Below, piece after piece: positions 1 to 15,310 of a stretch of DNA of 64,000 bases. The position numbers were made by a program, and so were the translations under genes. The notes below the pieces were generated by a model, which had not been told where the DNA came from, made no database searches, and was given only the letters and a program-made list of their open reading frames with translations. The stretch spans positions 44,826,001 through 44,890,000 of the forward strand of contig OZ024755.1 of NCBI GenBank assembly GCA_964016885.1, given 5' to 3'. Every line of letters begins with the position of its first letter. Positions within the stretch are counted from its first letter, which is position 1. The stretch is from Eledone cirrhosa (lineage: Eukaryota).

Positions 1-3000
1 GTACAAACAGTGGACAGTACCAACGTATATGTGTACAACATATTGACAGTACCAACATATACTGTGTACCACAGTTGACAGTACCAACATATACTGTGTA
101 CCACAGTTGACAGTACCAACATATACGGTGTACCACAGTTGACAGTACCAACGTATACTGTGTACCACAGTTGACAGTACCAACATATACTGTGTACCAC
201 AGTTGACAGTACCAACATATACTGTGTACCACAGTTGGCGGTACCAACAAATACTGTGTTCCACAGTTGAGAGTACCAACATATACTGTGTACCACAGTT
301 GACAGTACCAACATATATTGTGTACCACAGTTGACAGTACCAACATATACTGGGTGCCACTGTTCACAGTACCAACATATAATTTGTACCACATTTGACA
401 CTACCAACGTATTCTGTGTACCACAGTTGACCATACCATCATATAGGGTGTACCACAGTTGACAGTACCAACATATACTGTGTACCACATTTGACAGTAC
501 CATCATATACTGACTACCACAGTTGACAGTACCAACGTATAATGTGTACCAGAGTTAACAGTAGCAACATATACAGTGTACCACTGTTGACAGTACCAAC
601 ATATACTGTGTACCAGAGTTGTCAGTACCAACATATTCTGTGTACCACAGTTGACAGTACCAACATATACTGTGTATCACAGTTGACAGTACTAACATAT
701 ACTGTGTACCAGAGTGGACAGTACCAACATATACTGTTTACCACAGTTGACAGTACCAACGTATACTGTGTACCAATGTTGACAGTACCAACGTATACTG
801 TGTACCACAGTTAACAGTACCAACATATACTGTGTACCACAGTTGACAGTACCAACATATACTGTGTACCACAGTTGACAGTACCAACGTATACTGTGTA
901 ACAAAGTTGACAATACCATCATATAGGGTGTACCAAAGTTGACAGTACCAACATATACTGTGTACCACAGTTGAGAGTACCATCGTATACTGTGTACCAC
1001 AGTTGACAGTACTAACATATACTGTGTACCAGAGTTGACAGTACCAACATATACTATGTACCAGAGTTGACAGTACTAACATATACTGTGTACCACTGTT
1101 GACATTACCAACGTATATTGTATACCACAGTTAACAGTAACAATATATACTGTGTACCACAGTTGACAGTACCAACGTATACTGTGTACCACTGTTGACA
1201 GTACCAACATATACAGTATAACACAGTTGACAGTACCAACATATACTGTGTACCACAGTTGACAGTACCAACATATACTGTGTACCATAGTTGACAGTAC
1301 CAACGTATACTGTGTACCACAGTTGACAGTACCAACATATACTGTGTACCATAGTTGACAGAACCAACGTATACTCTGTACCATAGTTGACAGTACCAAC
1401 ATATAGCGTGTACCACAGTTGACAGTACCAACATATACTGTGTACCACAGTTGACAGTACCAACGTATACTGTGTACCACAGTTGACATTACCAACGTAT
1501 ACTGTGTACCACAGTGGACAGTACCAACGTATATGTGTACAACATATTGACAGTACCAACATATACTGTGTACCACAGTTACAGTAGCAACATGTACTGT
1601 GTACCACAGTTGACAGTACCAACATATACTGTGTACCACAGTTGACAGTACTAACATATACTGTGTCCCACAGTTGAGTGTACAAATATATACTGTGTAC
1701 CTCAGTTGACGATATCAACATATACTGTGTACCACAGTTGACAGTACCAACATATACTGTGTACGACAGTTGACAGTACCAACGTATACTGTGTACCACA
1801 GTTGACAGTACCAACTTATACTGTGTACCACAGTTGACAGTTCTAATATATACTGTGTACCACAGTTGAGAGTACCAACATATACTGTGTACCACAGTTG
1901 ACAGTATTAACATATACTGTGTACCACAGTTGACAGTATCCACGTATGTGTACCACAGTTGACAGTATCAACGTATATCTGTACCACATATTGACAGTAC
2001 CAACATAAACTGTGTACCACAGTTGACAGTACCAACGTATACTGTGTACCACAGTTGACATTACCAACATATACTGTGTACCACAGTTGACAGTACCAAC
2101 GTATACTGTGTACCACAGTTGAGAGTACCAATATATACTGTGTACCTCAGTTGACGATATCAACGTATACTGTGTACCACAGTGGACAGTACCAACGTAT
2201 ATGTGTACAACATATTGACAGTACCAACATATACTGTGTACCACAGTTGACAGTACCAACATATACTGTGTACCACAGTTGACAGTACCAACATATACTG
2301 TGTACCACAGTTGACAGTACTAACATATACTGTGTACCACAGTTGAGAGTACCAATATATACTGTGTACCTCAGTTGACGATATCAACATATACTGTGTA
2401 CCACAGTTGACAGTACCAACATATACTGTGTACCAGAGTTGACAGTACTAACATATACTGTGTACCACAGTTGACAGTACCATCATATACTGTGTACCAC
2501 AGTTGACACTACCAACATAAACTGTGCACCACAGTTGACAGTACCAACATATACTGTGTACCACAGTTGACAGTACCAACATATACTGTGTACCACAGTT
2601 GACAGTACCAACATATACTGTGTACCACTGTTGACAGTATCAACATATACTGTGTACCAGAGTTGACAGTACCAACATATACTGTGTACCACATTTGACA
2701 GTAGCAACATATACTGTGTATCACAGTTGACAGTACCATCATATATAGTGTACCACAGTTGACAGTACCAACATATACTGTGTACCACTGGTGACAGTAC
2801 CAACATATACTGTGTACCACAGTTGACAGTACCAACGTATACTGTGTACCACAGTTGACAGTACCAACTTATACTGTGTACCACAGTTGACAGTACTAAT
2901 ATATACTGTGTACCAAAGTTGAGAGTACCAACATATACTGTGTACCACAGTTGACAGTACTAACATATACTGTGTACCACAGTTGACTGTATCCACGTAT

Positions 3001-6000
3001 GTGTACCACAGTTGACAGTATCAACGTATATCTGTACCACATATTGACAGTACAAACATATAGTGTGTACCACAGTTGACAGTACCAACGTATACTGTTT
3101 ACCACAGTTGACAGTACCAACGTATACTGTGTACCACAGTTGACAGTACCAACATATACTGTGTACCACAGTTGAAAGTACCAACGTATACTGTGTACCA
3201 CAGTTGACAGTACCAACATATACTGTGTACCACAGTTGACAGTACCAACATATACTGTGTACCACAGTTGACAGTACCAACGTATACTGTGTACCACAGT
3301 TGACAGTACCAACATATACTGTGTACCACAGTTGAGAGTACCAACGTATATGTGTACAACATATTGACAGTACCAACAGATACTGTGTACCACATTTGAC
3401 AGTACCATCATATACTGACTACCACAGTTGACAGTACCAACGTATACTGTGTACCAGAGTTAACAGTACCAACATATACTGTGTACCACTGTTGACAGTA
3501 TCAACATATACTGTGTACCAGAGTTGACAGCACCAACATATACTGTGTACCACAGTTGACAGTAGCAACATATACTGTGTATCACAGTTGACAGTACCAA
3601 CATATATAGTGTACCAGAGTTGACAGTACCAACATATACTGTGTACCACTGTTGACAGTACCAACATATACTGTGTACCACAGTTGATAGTACCAACGTA
3701 TACTGTGTACCACAGTTGACAGTACCAACTTATACTGTGTACCACAGTTGACAGTACTAATATATACTGTGTACCAAAGTTGAGAGTACCAACATATACT
3801 GTGTACCACAATTGACAGTACTAACATATACTGTGTACCACAGTTGACAGTATCCACGTATGTGTACCACAGTTGACAGTATCAACGTATATCTGTACCA
3901 CATATTGACAGTACCAACATATACTGTGTACCACAGTTGACAGTACCAACGTATACTGTGTACCACAGTTGACAGTACCAACATATACTGTGTACCACAG
4001 TTGACAGTACCAATGTATACTGTGTACCACAGTTGACATTACCAAGGTATACTGTGTACAAACAGTGGACAGTACCAACGTATATGTGTACAACATATTG
4101 ACAGTACCAACATATACTGTGTACCACAGTTGACAGTACCAACATATACTGTGTACCACAGTTGACAGTACCAACGTATACTGTGTACCACAGTTGACAG
4201 TACCAACATATACTGTGTACCACAGTTGACAGTACCAACATATACTGTGTACCACAGTTGGCAGTACCAACATATACTGTGTACCACAGTTGAGAGTACC
4301 AACATATACTGTGTACCACAGTTGACAGTACCAACATATATTGTGTACCACAGTTGACAGTACCAACATATACTGGGTGCCACTGTTCACAGTACCAACA
4401 TATACTGTGTACCACATTTGACAATACCAACGTATTCTGTGTACCACAGTTGACAATACCATCATATAGGGTGTACCACAGTTGACAGTACCAACATATA
4501 CTGTGTACCACATTTGACAGTACCATCATATACTGACTACCACAGTTGACAGTACCAACGTATAATGTGTACCAGAGTTAACAGTACCAACATATACTGT
4601 GTACCACTGTTGCAGTACCAACATATACTGTGTACCAGAGTTGACAGTACCAACATATTCTGTGTACCACAGTTGACAGTACCAACATATACTGTGTATC
4701 ACAGTTGACAGTACTAACATATACTGTGTACCAGAGTTGACAGTACCAACATATACTGTTTACCACATTTGACAGTACCAACGTATACTGTGTACCAATG
4801 TTGACAGTACCAACGTATACTGTGTACCACAGTTAACAGTACCAACATATACTGTGTACCACAGTTGACAGTACCAACGTATACTGTGTACCACTGTTGA
4901 CAGTACCAACATATACAGTGTAACACAGTTGACAGTACCAACATATACTGTGTACCACAGTTGACAGTACCAACATATACTGTGTACCAAAGTTGTCAGT
5001 ACCAACATATACTGTGTACCACAGTTGACAGTAACACCATATACTGTGTACCATAGTTGACAGTACCAACGTATACTGTGTACCACAGTTGACAGTACCA
5101 ACATATACCGTGTACCACAGTTGACAGTACCAACATATACTGTGTACCAGATTTGACAGTACCAACATATAGTGTGTACCACTGTTGACAGTACCAACAT
5201 ATACTGTGTACCACAGTTGACAGTACCAACGTATACTGTGTACCAGAGTTAACAGTACCAACATATACTGTGTACCACTGTTGACAGTACCAACATATAC
5301 TGTGTACCACAGTTGACAGTACCAACGTATACTGTGTACCACAATTGACAGTACCAACATATACAGTGTACCAGAGTTGACAGTACTAATATATAATGTG
5401 TACCACAGTTGACAGTACAAACATATACTGTGTACCACAGTTGACAGTACTAACATATACTGTGTACCACAGTTGACAGTATCCACGTATATGTGTACCA
5501 CATATTCACAGTACCAACATATACTGTGTACCACAGTTGAGAGTACCAACGTATACTGTGTACCACAGTTGACAGTACCAACGTATACTGTGTACCACAG
5601 TTGACAGTACCAACATATACTGTGTACCACAGTTGACAGTACCAACGTATACTGTGTACCAAAGTTGACAGTATCAACGTATATGTGTACCACATATTGA
5701 CAGTACCAACATATACTGTGTACCACAGTTGACAGTACCAACGTATACTGTGTACCACAGTTGACAGTACCAACGTATACTGTGTACAACAGTTGACAGT
5801 ACCAACATATACTGTGTACCTCAGTTGACAGTAGCAACATATACTGTGTACCTCAGTTGACAGTATAAACATATACTGTGAACCACAGTTGACACTACCA
5901 ACATATACTGTGTACCATAGTTGACAGTACTAACATATACTGTGTACCACATTTGACAGTACCAACATATACTGTGTACCTCAGTTCACAGTATCAACAT

Positions 6001-6799
6001 ATAATGTGTACCACATTTGACAGTAACAACATATACTGTGTACCACAGTTTAGAGTACCAACATATACTGTGTATCACAGTTGACAGTACCAACATATAC
6101 CGTGTACCACAGTTGAGAGTACCTACATATACTGTGTACCACAGTTGACAGTACCAACATATACTGTGTACCAGAGTTGACAGTACCAACATATACTGTG
6201 TACCACAGTTGACAGTACCAACATATACCGTGTACCACAGTTGACAGTACCAACGTATACTGTGTACCACAGTTGACAGTACCAACATATAATGTGTACC
6301 ACCGTTGACAGTACCAACATATACTGTGTATCACAGTTGACAGTACCAACATATACCGTGTTACCACAGTTGAGAGTACCAACATATACTGTGTACCACA
6401 GTTGACAGTACCAACATATAATGTGTACCACTGTTGACAGTACCAACGTATACTGTGTACCACATTTAACAGTTCCAACATATACTGTGTACCACAGTTA
6501 TCAGTACCAACGTACACTGTGTACCACTGTTGACAGTACCAACATATACAGTGTACCACAGTTGACAGTATCAACATATACTGTGTACCACAGTTAACAG
6601 TACCAACATATAACATGTACCACAGTTGACAGTACCAACATATACTGTGTACCACAGTTGAAAGTACAAACGTATACTGTGTACCACAGTTGACAGTACC
6701 AACGTATACTGTGTACCACAGTTGACAGTACCAACATATACTGTGTACCACAGTTGACAGTACCAACATATACTGTGTACCACAGTTGGCAGTACCAAC

Positions 6800-9700
6800 A
6801 TATACTGTGTACCACATTTGACAGTACCAACATATACAGTGTACCACAGTTGACAGTACGAACATATAATGTTTACCACAGTTGACAGTACTAACGTATA
6901 CTGTGTACCACATTTGACAATACCAACATATACTGTGTACCACAGTTGACAGTACCATCATATACTGTGTACCACAGTTGACAGTACCAACATATACTGT
7001 GTACCACAGTTGACAGTACCAACGTATACTGTGTACCACAGTTGACAGTACCAACATATACTGTGTACCACAGTTGACAGTACCAACATATACTGTGTAC
7101 CACAGTTGGCAGTACCAACATATACTGTGTATCACATTTGACAGTACCAAAAAATACAGTGTACCACAGTTGACAGTACCAACATATACTGTGTACCACA
7201 GTTGACAGTACCAACATATACTGTGTACCATAGTTGACAGTACCAACGTATACTGCGTACCACAGTTGACAGTACCAACATATACTGTGTACCACAGTTG
7301 ACAGTACCAACATATACTGTGTACCATAGTTGACAGTATCAACGTATATGTGTACCAATGTTGTCAGTACTAACATATGCCGTGTACCACATTGACAGTA
7401 CCAACATATACTGTGTACCACAGTTGACAGTACCGACATATCCTGTGTACCTCAGTTGACAGTACCAACATATACTGTGTACCACATTTGATAGTACCAA
7501 CATATACTGTGTACCACAGTTGACAGTACCAACATATACTGTGTACCACAGTTGAGAGTACCAACATATACTGTCTCCCACAGTTGACAGTACCAACATA
7601 TACTGTGTACCACAGTTGACAGTACTAACATATACTGTGTACCACAGTTGACAGTACCAACATATTCTGTGTACCACAGTTGACAGTACCAACATATACT
7701 GTGTACCACAGTTGACAGTACCAACGTATACTGTGTACCACAGTTGACAGTACCAACATATACTGTGTACCACAGTTGACAGTACCAACATATACTGTGT
7801 ACCATAGTTGACAGTACCAACGTATACTGTGTACCACAGTTGACAATACCAACATATACCGTCTACCACAGTTGACGGTATCAACATATACTGTGTACCA
7901 GAGTTAACAGTACCAACATATACTGTGTACCACAGTTGACAGTACCAACATATACCGTGTACCACAGTTGACAGTACCAACGTATACTGTGTACCACAGT
8001 TGACAGTACCAACATATAATGTGTACCACAGTTGACAGTACCAACATATACCGTGCTACCACAGTTGAGAGTACCAACATATACTGTGTACCACAGTTGA
8101 CAGTACCAACATATAATGTGTACAACTGTTGACAGTACCAACGTATACTGTGTAACACATTTAACAGTACCAACATATACTGTGTACTACAGTTATCAGT
8201 ACCAACGTAAACTGTGTACCACTGTTGACAGTACCAACATATACAGTGTACCACAGTTGACACTACCAACATATACTGAGTACCACAGTTAACAGTACCA
8301 ACATATACTGTGTATCACAGTTGACTGTACCAACATATACCGTGTTACCACAGTTGAGAGTACCAACATATACTGTGTACCACAGTTGACAGTACCAACA
8401 TATAATGTGTACCACTGTTGACAGTACCAACGTATACTGTGTAACACATTTAACAGTACCAACATATACTGTGTACCACAGTTATCAGTACCAACGTAAA
8501 CTGTGTACCACTGTTGACAGTACCAACATATACAGTGTACCACAGTTGACACTACCAACATATACTGAGTACCACAGTTAACAGTACCAACATATACTGT
8601 GTATCACAGTTGACTGTACCAACATATACCGTGTTACCACAGTTGAGAGTACCAACATATAATGTGTACCACAGTTGACAGTACCAACATATACTGTGTA
8701 CCACTGTGACAGTACCAACGTATACTGTGTACCACATTTAACAGTACCAACATATAATGTGTACCACAGTTGACAGTACCAACGTATACCGTGTACCACT
8801 GTTGACAGTACCAACATATACAGTATACCACAGTTGACAGTACCAACATATACTGTGTACCACAGTTGACAGTACCAACATATACTGTGTACCATAGTTG
8901 ACAGTACCAACGTATACTGTGTACCACATTTGACAGTACCAACATATACCGTGTACCTCAGTTGATAGTACCAATACATGCTGTGTACCATAGTTGACAG
9001 TACCAACATATACTGTGTACCATAGTTGACAGTACCAACGTATACTCTGTACCACATTTGAGAGTACCAACATATACCCTGTACCACAGTTGACAGTACC
9101 AATATATACTGTGTACCACAGTTGACAGTACCAACATATACTGTGTACCAGAGTTGACAGTACCAACATATACTATGTACCAGAGTTGACAGTACTAACA
9201 TATACAGTGTACCACATTTGACAGTACCAACATATACTGTGTACCACAGTTGACAGTACCAACATATACTGGGTACCACAGTTGACAATACCATCATATA
9301 CTGTGTAACACAGTTGACACTACCAACATAAACTGTGTACCAGAGTTGACAGTACCAACATATACTGTGTACCACAGTTTAAAGTACCAACGTATATGGT
9401 GTACCACAGTTGACAATACTAACATATACTGTGTACCAGAGTTGACAGTACCAACATATATTGGATACCACAGTTTACAGTACCAACATATACTGTGTAC
9501 CACTGTTGATATTACCAACGTATATTGTATACCACAGTTAACAGTAACAATATGTACTGTGTACCACAGTTACAGTACCAACGTATACTGTGTACCACTG
9601 TTGACAGTACCAACATATACAGTATAACACAGTTGACAGTACCAACATATACTGTGTACCACAGTTGACAGTACCAACATATGCTGTGTACCATAGTTGA

Positions 9701-12700
9701 CAGTACCAACGTATACTCTGTACCACAGTTGACAGTACCAACATATACTGTGTACCATAGTTGACAGAACCAACGTATACTGTGTACCATAGTTGACAGT
9801 ACCAACATATACCGTGTACCACAGTTGACAGTACCAACGTATACTGTGTACCACTGTTGACAGTACCAACATATACTGTGTACCACAGTTGACAGTACCA
9901 ACGTATACTGTGTACCACAGTTGACAGTACCAACATATACTGTGTACCACAGTTGACAGTTCTAATATATACTGTGTACCACAGTTGAGAGTACCAACAT
10001 ATACTGTGTACCACAGTTGACAGTACCAACATATACTGTGTACCATAGTTGACAGTACCAACGTATACTGCGTACCACAGTTGACAGTACCAACATATAC
10101 TGTGTACCACAGTTGACAGTACCAACATATACTGTGTACCATAGTTGACAGTATCAACGTATACTGTGTACCATAGTTGACAGTATCAACGTATATGTGT
10201 ACCACTGTTGTCAGTACTAACATATGCCGTGTACCACAGTTGACAGTACCAACATATACTGTGTACCACAGTTGACAGTACCGACATATCCTGTCTACCT
10301 CAGTTGACAGTACCAACATATACTGTGTACCACATTTGATAGTACCAACATATACTGTGTACCACAGTTGACAGTACCAACATATGCTGTGTACCACAGT
10401 TGAGAGTACTAACATATACTGTCTCCCACAGTTGACAGTACCAACATATACTGTGTACCACAGTTGACAGTACTAACATATACTGTGTACCACAGTTGAC
10501 AGTACCAACATATTCTGTGTACCACAGTTGACACTACCAGCATAAACTGTGTACCAGAGTTGACAGTACCAACATATACTGTGTACCACAGTTGAAAGTA
10601 CCAACGTATATTGTGTACCACAGTTGACAGTACCAACATATACTGTGTACCACAGTTGACAGTACCAACATATACTGTGTACCACAGTTGACAGTAACAA
10701 CGTATACTGTGTACCACATTTGACAGTACCAACATGCACTGTGTACCACAGTTGACAGTACCAACATATAGTGTGTACCACAGTTGCCAGTACCAACATA
10801 TAATGGGTGCCACTGTTCACAGTACCAACATATACTGTGTACCACAGTCGACAATACCAACGTATACTGTGTACCACAGTTGACAGTACCAACATATACT
10901 GTGTACCACAGTTGACACTACCAACGTATACTGTGTAACACAGTTGACAATACCATAATATAGGGTGTACCAGAGTTGACAGTACCAACATATACTGTGT
11001 ACCACAGTTGACAGTACCAACATATAATGTGTACCACTGTTGACAGTACCAACGTATACTGTGTACCACATTTAACAGTTCCAACATATACTGTGTACCA
11101 CAGTTATCAGTACCAACGTACACTGTGTACCACAGTTAACAGTACCAACATATACCGTGTACCACAGTTGACAGTACCAACATATACCGTGTACCACAGT
11201 TGAAAGTACCAACGTATACTGTGTACCACAGTTGACAGTATCAACATATACTGTGTACCACAGTTGACAGTACCAACATATACTGTGTACGACAGTTGAC
11301 AGTACCTACGTATACTGTGTACAACAGTTGACAGTACCAACATATACTGTGTACCACAGTTGACAGTACCAACATATACTGTGTACCACAGTTGGCAGTA
11401 CCAACATATACTGTGTACCACATTTGACAGTACCAAAATATACAGTTTACCACAGTTGACAGTACCAACATATATTGTGTACCACAGTTGACAGTACTAA
11501 CGTATACTGTGTACCACAGTTGACAATACCAACATATACTGTGTACCACAGTTGACAGAACCATCATATACTGTGTACCACAGTTGACAGTACCAACATA
11601 TACAGTGTACCACAGTTGACAGTACCAACATATACTGTGTACCACAGTTGAGAGTACCAACATATACTGTGTACCACAGTTGACAGTACCAACATATACT
11701 GTGTACCACAGTTGGCAGTACCAACATATACTGTGTATCACATTTGACAGTACCAAAAAATACAGTGTACCACAGTTGACAGTACCAACATATACTGTGT
11801 ACCACAGTTGACAGTACCAACATATACTGTGTACCATAGTTGACAGTACCAACGTATACTGCGTACCACAGTTGACAGTACCAACATATACTGTGTACCA
11901 CAGTTGACAGGACCAACATATACTGTGTACCATAGTTGACAGTATCAACGTATATGTGTACCACTGTTGTCAGTACTAACATATGCCGTGTACCACAGTT
12001 GACAGTACCAACATATACTGTGTACCACAGTTGACAGTACCGACATATCCTGTGTACCTCAGTTGACAGTACCAACATATACTGTGTACCACATTTGATA
12101 GTACCAACATATACTGTGTACCACAGTTGACAGTACCAACATATACTGTGTACCACAGTTGAGAGTACCAACATATACTGTCTCCCACAGTTGACAGTAC
12201 CAACATATACTGTGTACCACAGTTGACAGTACTAACATATACTGTGTACCACAGTTGACAGTACCAACATATTCTGTGTACCACAGTTGACAGTACCAAC
12301 ATATACTGTGTACCACAGTTGACAGTACCAACGTATACTGTGTACCACAGTTGACAGTACCAACATATACTGTGTACCACAGTTGACAGTACCAACATAT
12401 ACTGTGTACCATAGTTGACAGTACCAACGTATACTGTGTACCACAGTTGACAATACCAACATATACCGTCTACCACAGTTGACGGTATCAACATATACTG
12501 TGTACCAGAGTTAACAGTACCAACATATACTGTGTACCACAGTTGACAGTACCAACATATACCGTGTACCACAGTTGACAGTACCAACGTATACTGTGTA
12601 CCACAGTTGACAGTACCAACATATAATGTGTACCACAGTTGACAGTACCAACATATACCGTGCTACCACAGTTGAGAGTACCAACATATACTGTGTACCA

Positions 12701-13360
12701 CAGTTGACAGTACCAACATATAATGTGTACCACTGTTGACAGTACCAACGTATACTGTGTAACACATTTAACAGTACCAACATATACTGTGTACCACAGT
12801 TATCAGTACCAACGTAAACTGTGTACCACTGTTGACAGTACCAACATATACAGTGTACCACAGTTGACACTACCAACATATACTGAGTACCACAGTTAAC
12901 AGTACCAACATATACTGTGTATCACAGTTGACTGTACCAACATATACCGTGTTACCACAGTTGAGAGTACCAACATATACTGTGTACCACAGTTGACAGT
13001 ACCAACATATAATGTGTACCACTGTTGACAGTACCAACGTATACTGTGTAACACATTTAACAGTACCAACATATACTGTGTACCACAGTTATCAGTACCA
13101 ACGTAAACTGTGTACCACTGTTGACAGTACCAACATATACAGTGTACCACAGTTGACACTACCAACATATACTGAGTACCACAGTTAACAGTACCAACAT
13201 ATACTGTGTATCACAGTTGACTGTACCAACATATACCGTGTTACCACAGTTGAGAGTACCAACATATAATGTGTACCACAGTTGACAGTACCAACATATA
13301 CTGTGTACCACTGTGACAGTACCAACGTATACTGTGTACCACATTTAACAGTACCAACAT
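6800..13360 (+). repeat. Direct duplicate blocks ~6.8-8.75 kb and ~11.4-13.36 kb (offset 4,606/4,607 bp, ~144 monomers)
   Basis: Matching ORF translations at constant offset 4607: 7452/12059, 7625/12232, 7881/12488, 8289/12896, 8552/13159. Rare variants AAAAAATACAGT, ACCGTCTACC and GACGGTATC are shared. A 1-bp deletion near 7391 shifts the offset from 4606 to 4607. Confidence 0.9.
8030..8660 (+). repeat. Local 289-bp (9-monomer) higher-order repeat, ~2 copies; repeated again at ~12,640-13,270
   Basis: The 33-bp variant CCGTG(C/T)TACC is at 8051, 8340 and 8629. CCAACGTAAA is at 8202/8491 and CTGAG at 8276/8565. All are spaced 289 bp = 9x32+1. Confidence 0.88.
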
Positions 13361-15310
13361 ATACAGTATACCACAGTTGACAGTACCAACATATACTGTG
13401 TACCACAGTTGACAGTACCAACATATACTGTGTACCATAGTTGACAGTACCAACGTATACTGTGTACCACATTTGACAGTACCAACATATACCGTGTACC
13501 TCAGTTGATAGTACCAATACATGCTGTGTACCATAGTTGACAGTACCAACATATACTGTGTACCATAGTTGACAGTACCAACGTATACTCTGTACCACAT
13601 TTGAGAGTACCAACATATACCCTGTACCACAGTTGACAGTACCAATATATACTGTGTACCACAGTTGACAGTACCAACATATACTGTGTACCACAGTTGA
13701 CAGTAGTAACATATACTGTGTACCAGAGTTGACAGTACCAACATATACTATATACCAGAGTTGACAGTACTAACATATACAGTGTACCACATTTGACAGT
13801 ACCAACATATACTGTGTACCACAGTTGACAGTACCAATATATACTGGGTACCACAGTTGACAATACCATCATATACTGTGTAACACAGTTGACACTACCA
13901 ACATAAACTGTGTATCAGAGTTGACAGTACCAACATATACTGTGTACCACAGTTTAAAGTACCAACGTATATGGTGTACCACAGTTGACAATACCAACAT
14001 ATACTGTGTACCACAGTTGACAGTACCAACATATACTGTGTACCCCAGTTGACAGTACCAACGTATACTGTGTACCACATTTGACAGTACCAACATATAC
14101 TGTGTACCACAGTTGACAGTACCAACATATAGTGTGTACCACAGCTGGCAGTACCAACATATACTGTGTACCACAGTTGACAGTACCAACATATACTGTG
14201 TACCACAGTTGACAGTACCAACATATATTGTTTACCACGGTTGACAGTACCAACATATAATGGGTGCCACTTTTCACAGTACCAACATATAGTGTGTAGC
14301 ACAGTTGACAATACCAACGTATGCTGTGTACCACAGTTGACAGTACCAACATATACTGTGTACCACAGTTGATAGTACCAACGTATACTGTGTAACACAG
14401 TTGACAATACCATCATATAGGGTGTACCAAAGTTGACAGTACCAACATATACTGTGTACCACAGTTGACAGTACCAACATATACTGTGTACCACAGTTGA
14501 CAGTTCTAATATATACTGTGTACCACAGTTGAGAGTACCAACATATACTGTGTACCACAGTTGACAGTACTAACATATACTGTGTACCACAGTTGACAGT
14601 ATCCACGTATGTGTACCACAGTTGAGAGTAATATCATATACTGTGTACCACAGTTGACAGTACTAACATATACTGTGTACCAGAGTTGACAGTACCAACA
14701 TATACTATGTACAAGAGTTGACAGTACTAACATATACTGTGTACCAGAGTTGACAGTACCAACATATATTGGATACCACAGTTTACAGTACCAACATATA
14801 CTGTGTACCACTGTTGACATTACCAACGTATATTGTATACCACAGTTAACAGTAACAATATGTACTGTGTACCACAGTTACAGTACCAACGTATACTGTG
14901 TACCACTGTTGACAGTACCAACATATACAGTATAACACAGTTGACAGTACCAACATATACTGTGTACCACAGTTGACAGTACCAACATATGCTGTGTACC
15001 ATAGTTGACAGTACCAACGTATACTCTGTACCACAGTTGACAGTACCAACATATACTGTGTACCATAGTTGACAGAACCAACGTATACTGTGTACCATAG
15101 TTGACAGTACCAACATATACCGTGTACCACAGTTGACAGTACCAACGTATACTGTGTACCACTGTTGACAGTACCAACATATACTGTGTACCACAGTTGA
15201 CAGTACCAACGTATATTGTGTACCACAGTTGACAGTACCAACATATACTGTGTACCACAGTTGACAGTTCTAATATATACTGTGTACCACAGTTGAGAGT
15301 ACCAACATAT
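9420..15310 (+). repeat. Dispersed duplicate ~9.42-10.0 kb and ~14.73-15.31 kb (offset 5,308 bp)
   Basis: Identical ORFs 9512..9901 and 14820..15209. Shared variants TTGGATACCACAGTTTAC, CAATATGTAC and the 31-bp CAGTTACAG. Confidence 0.85.
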
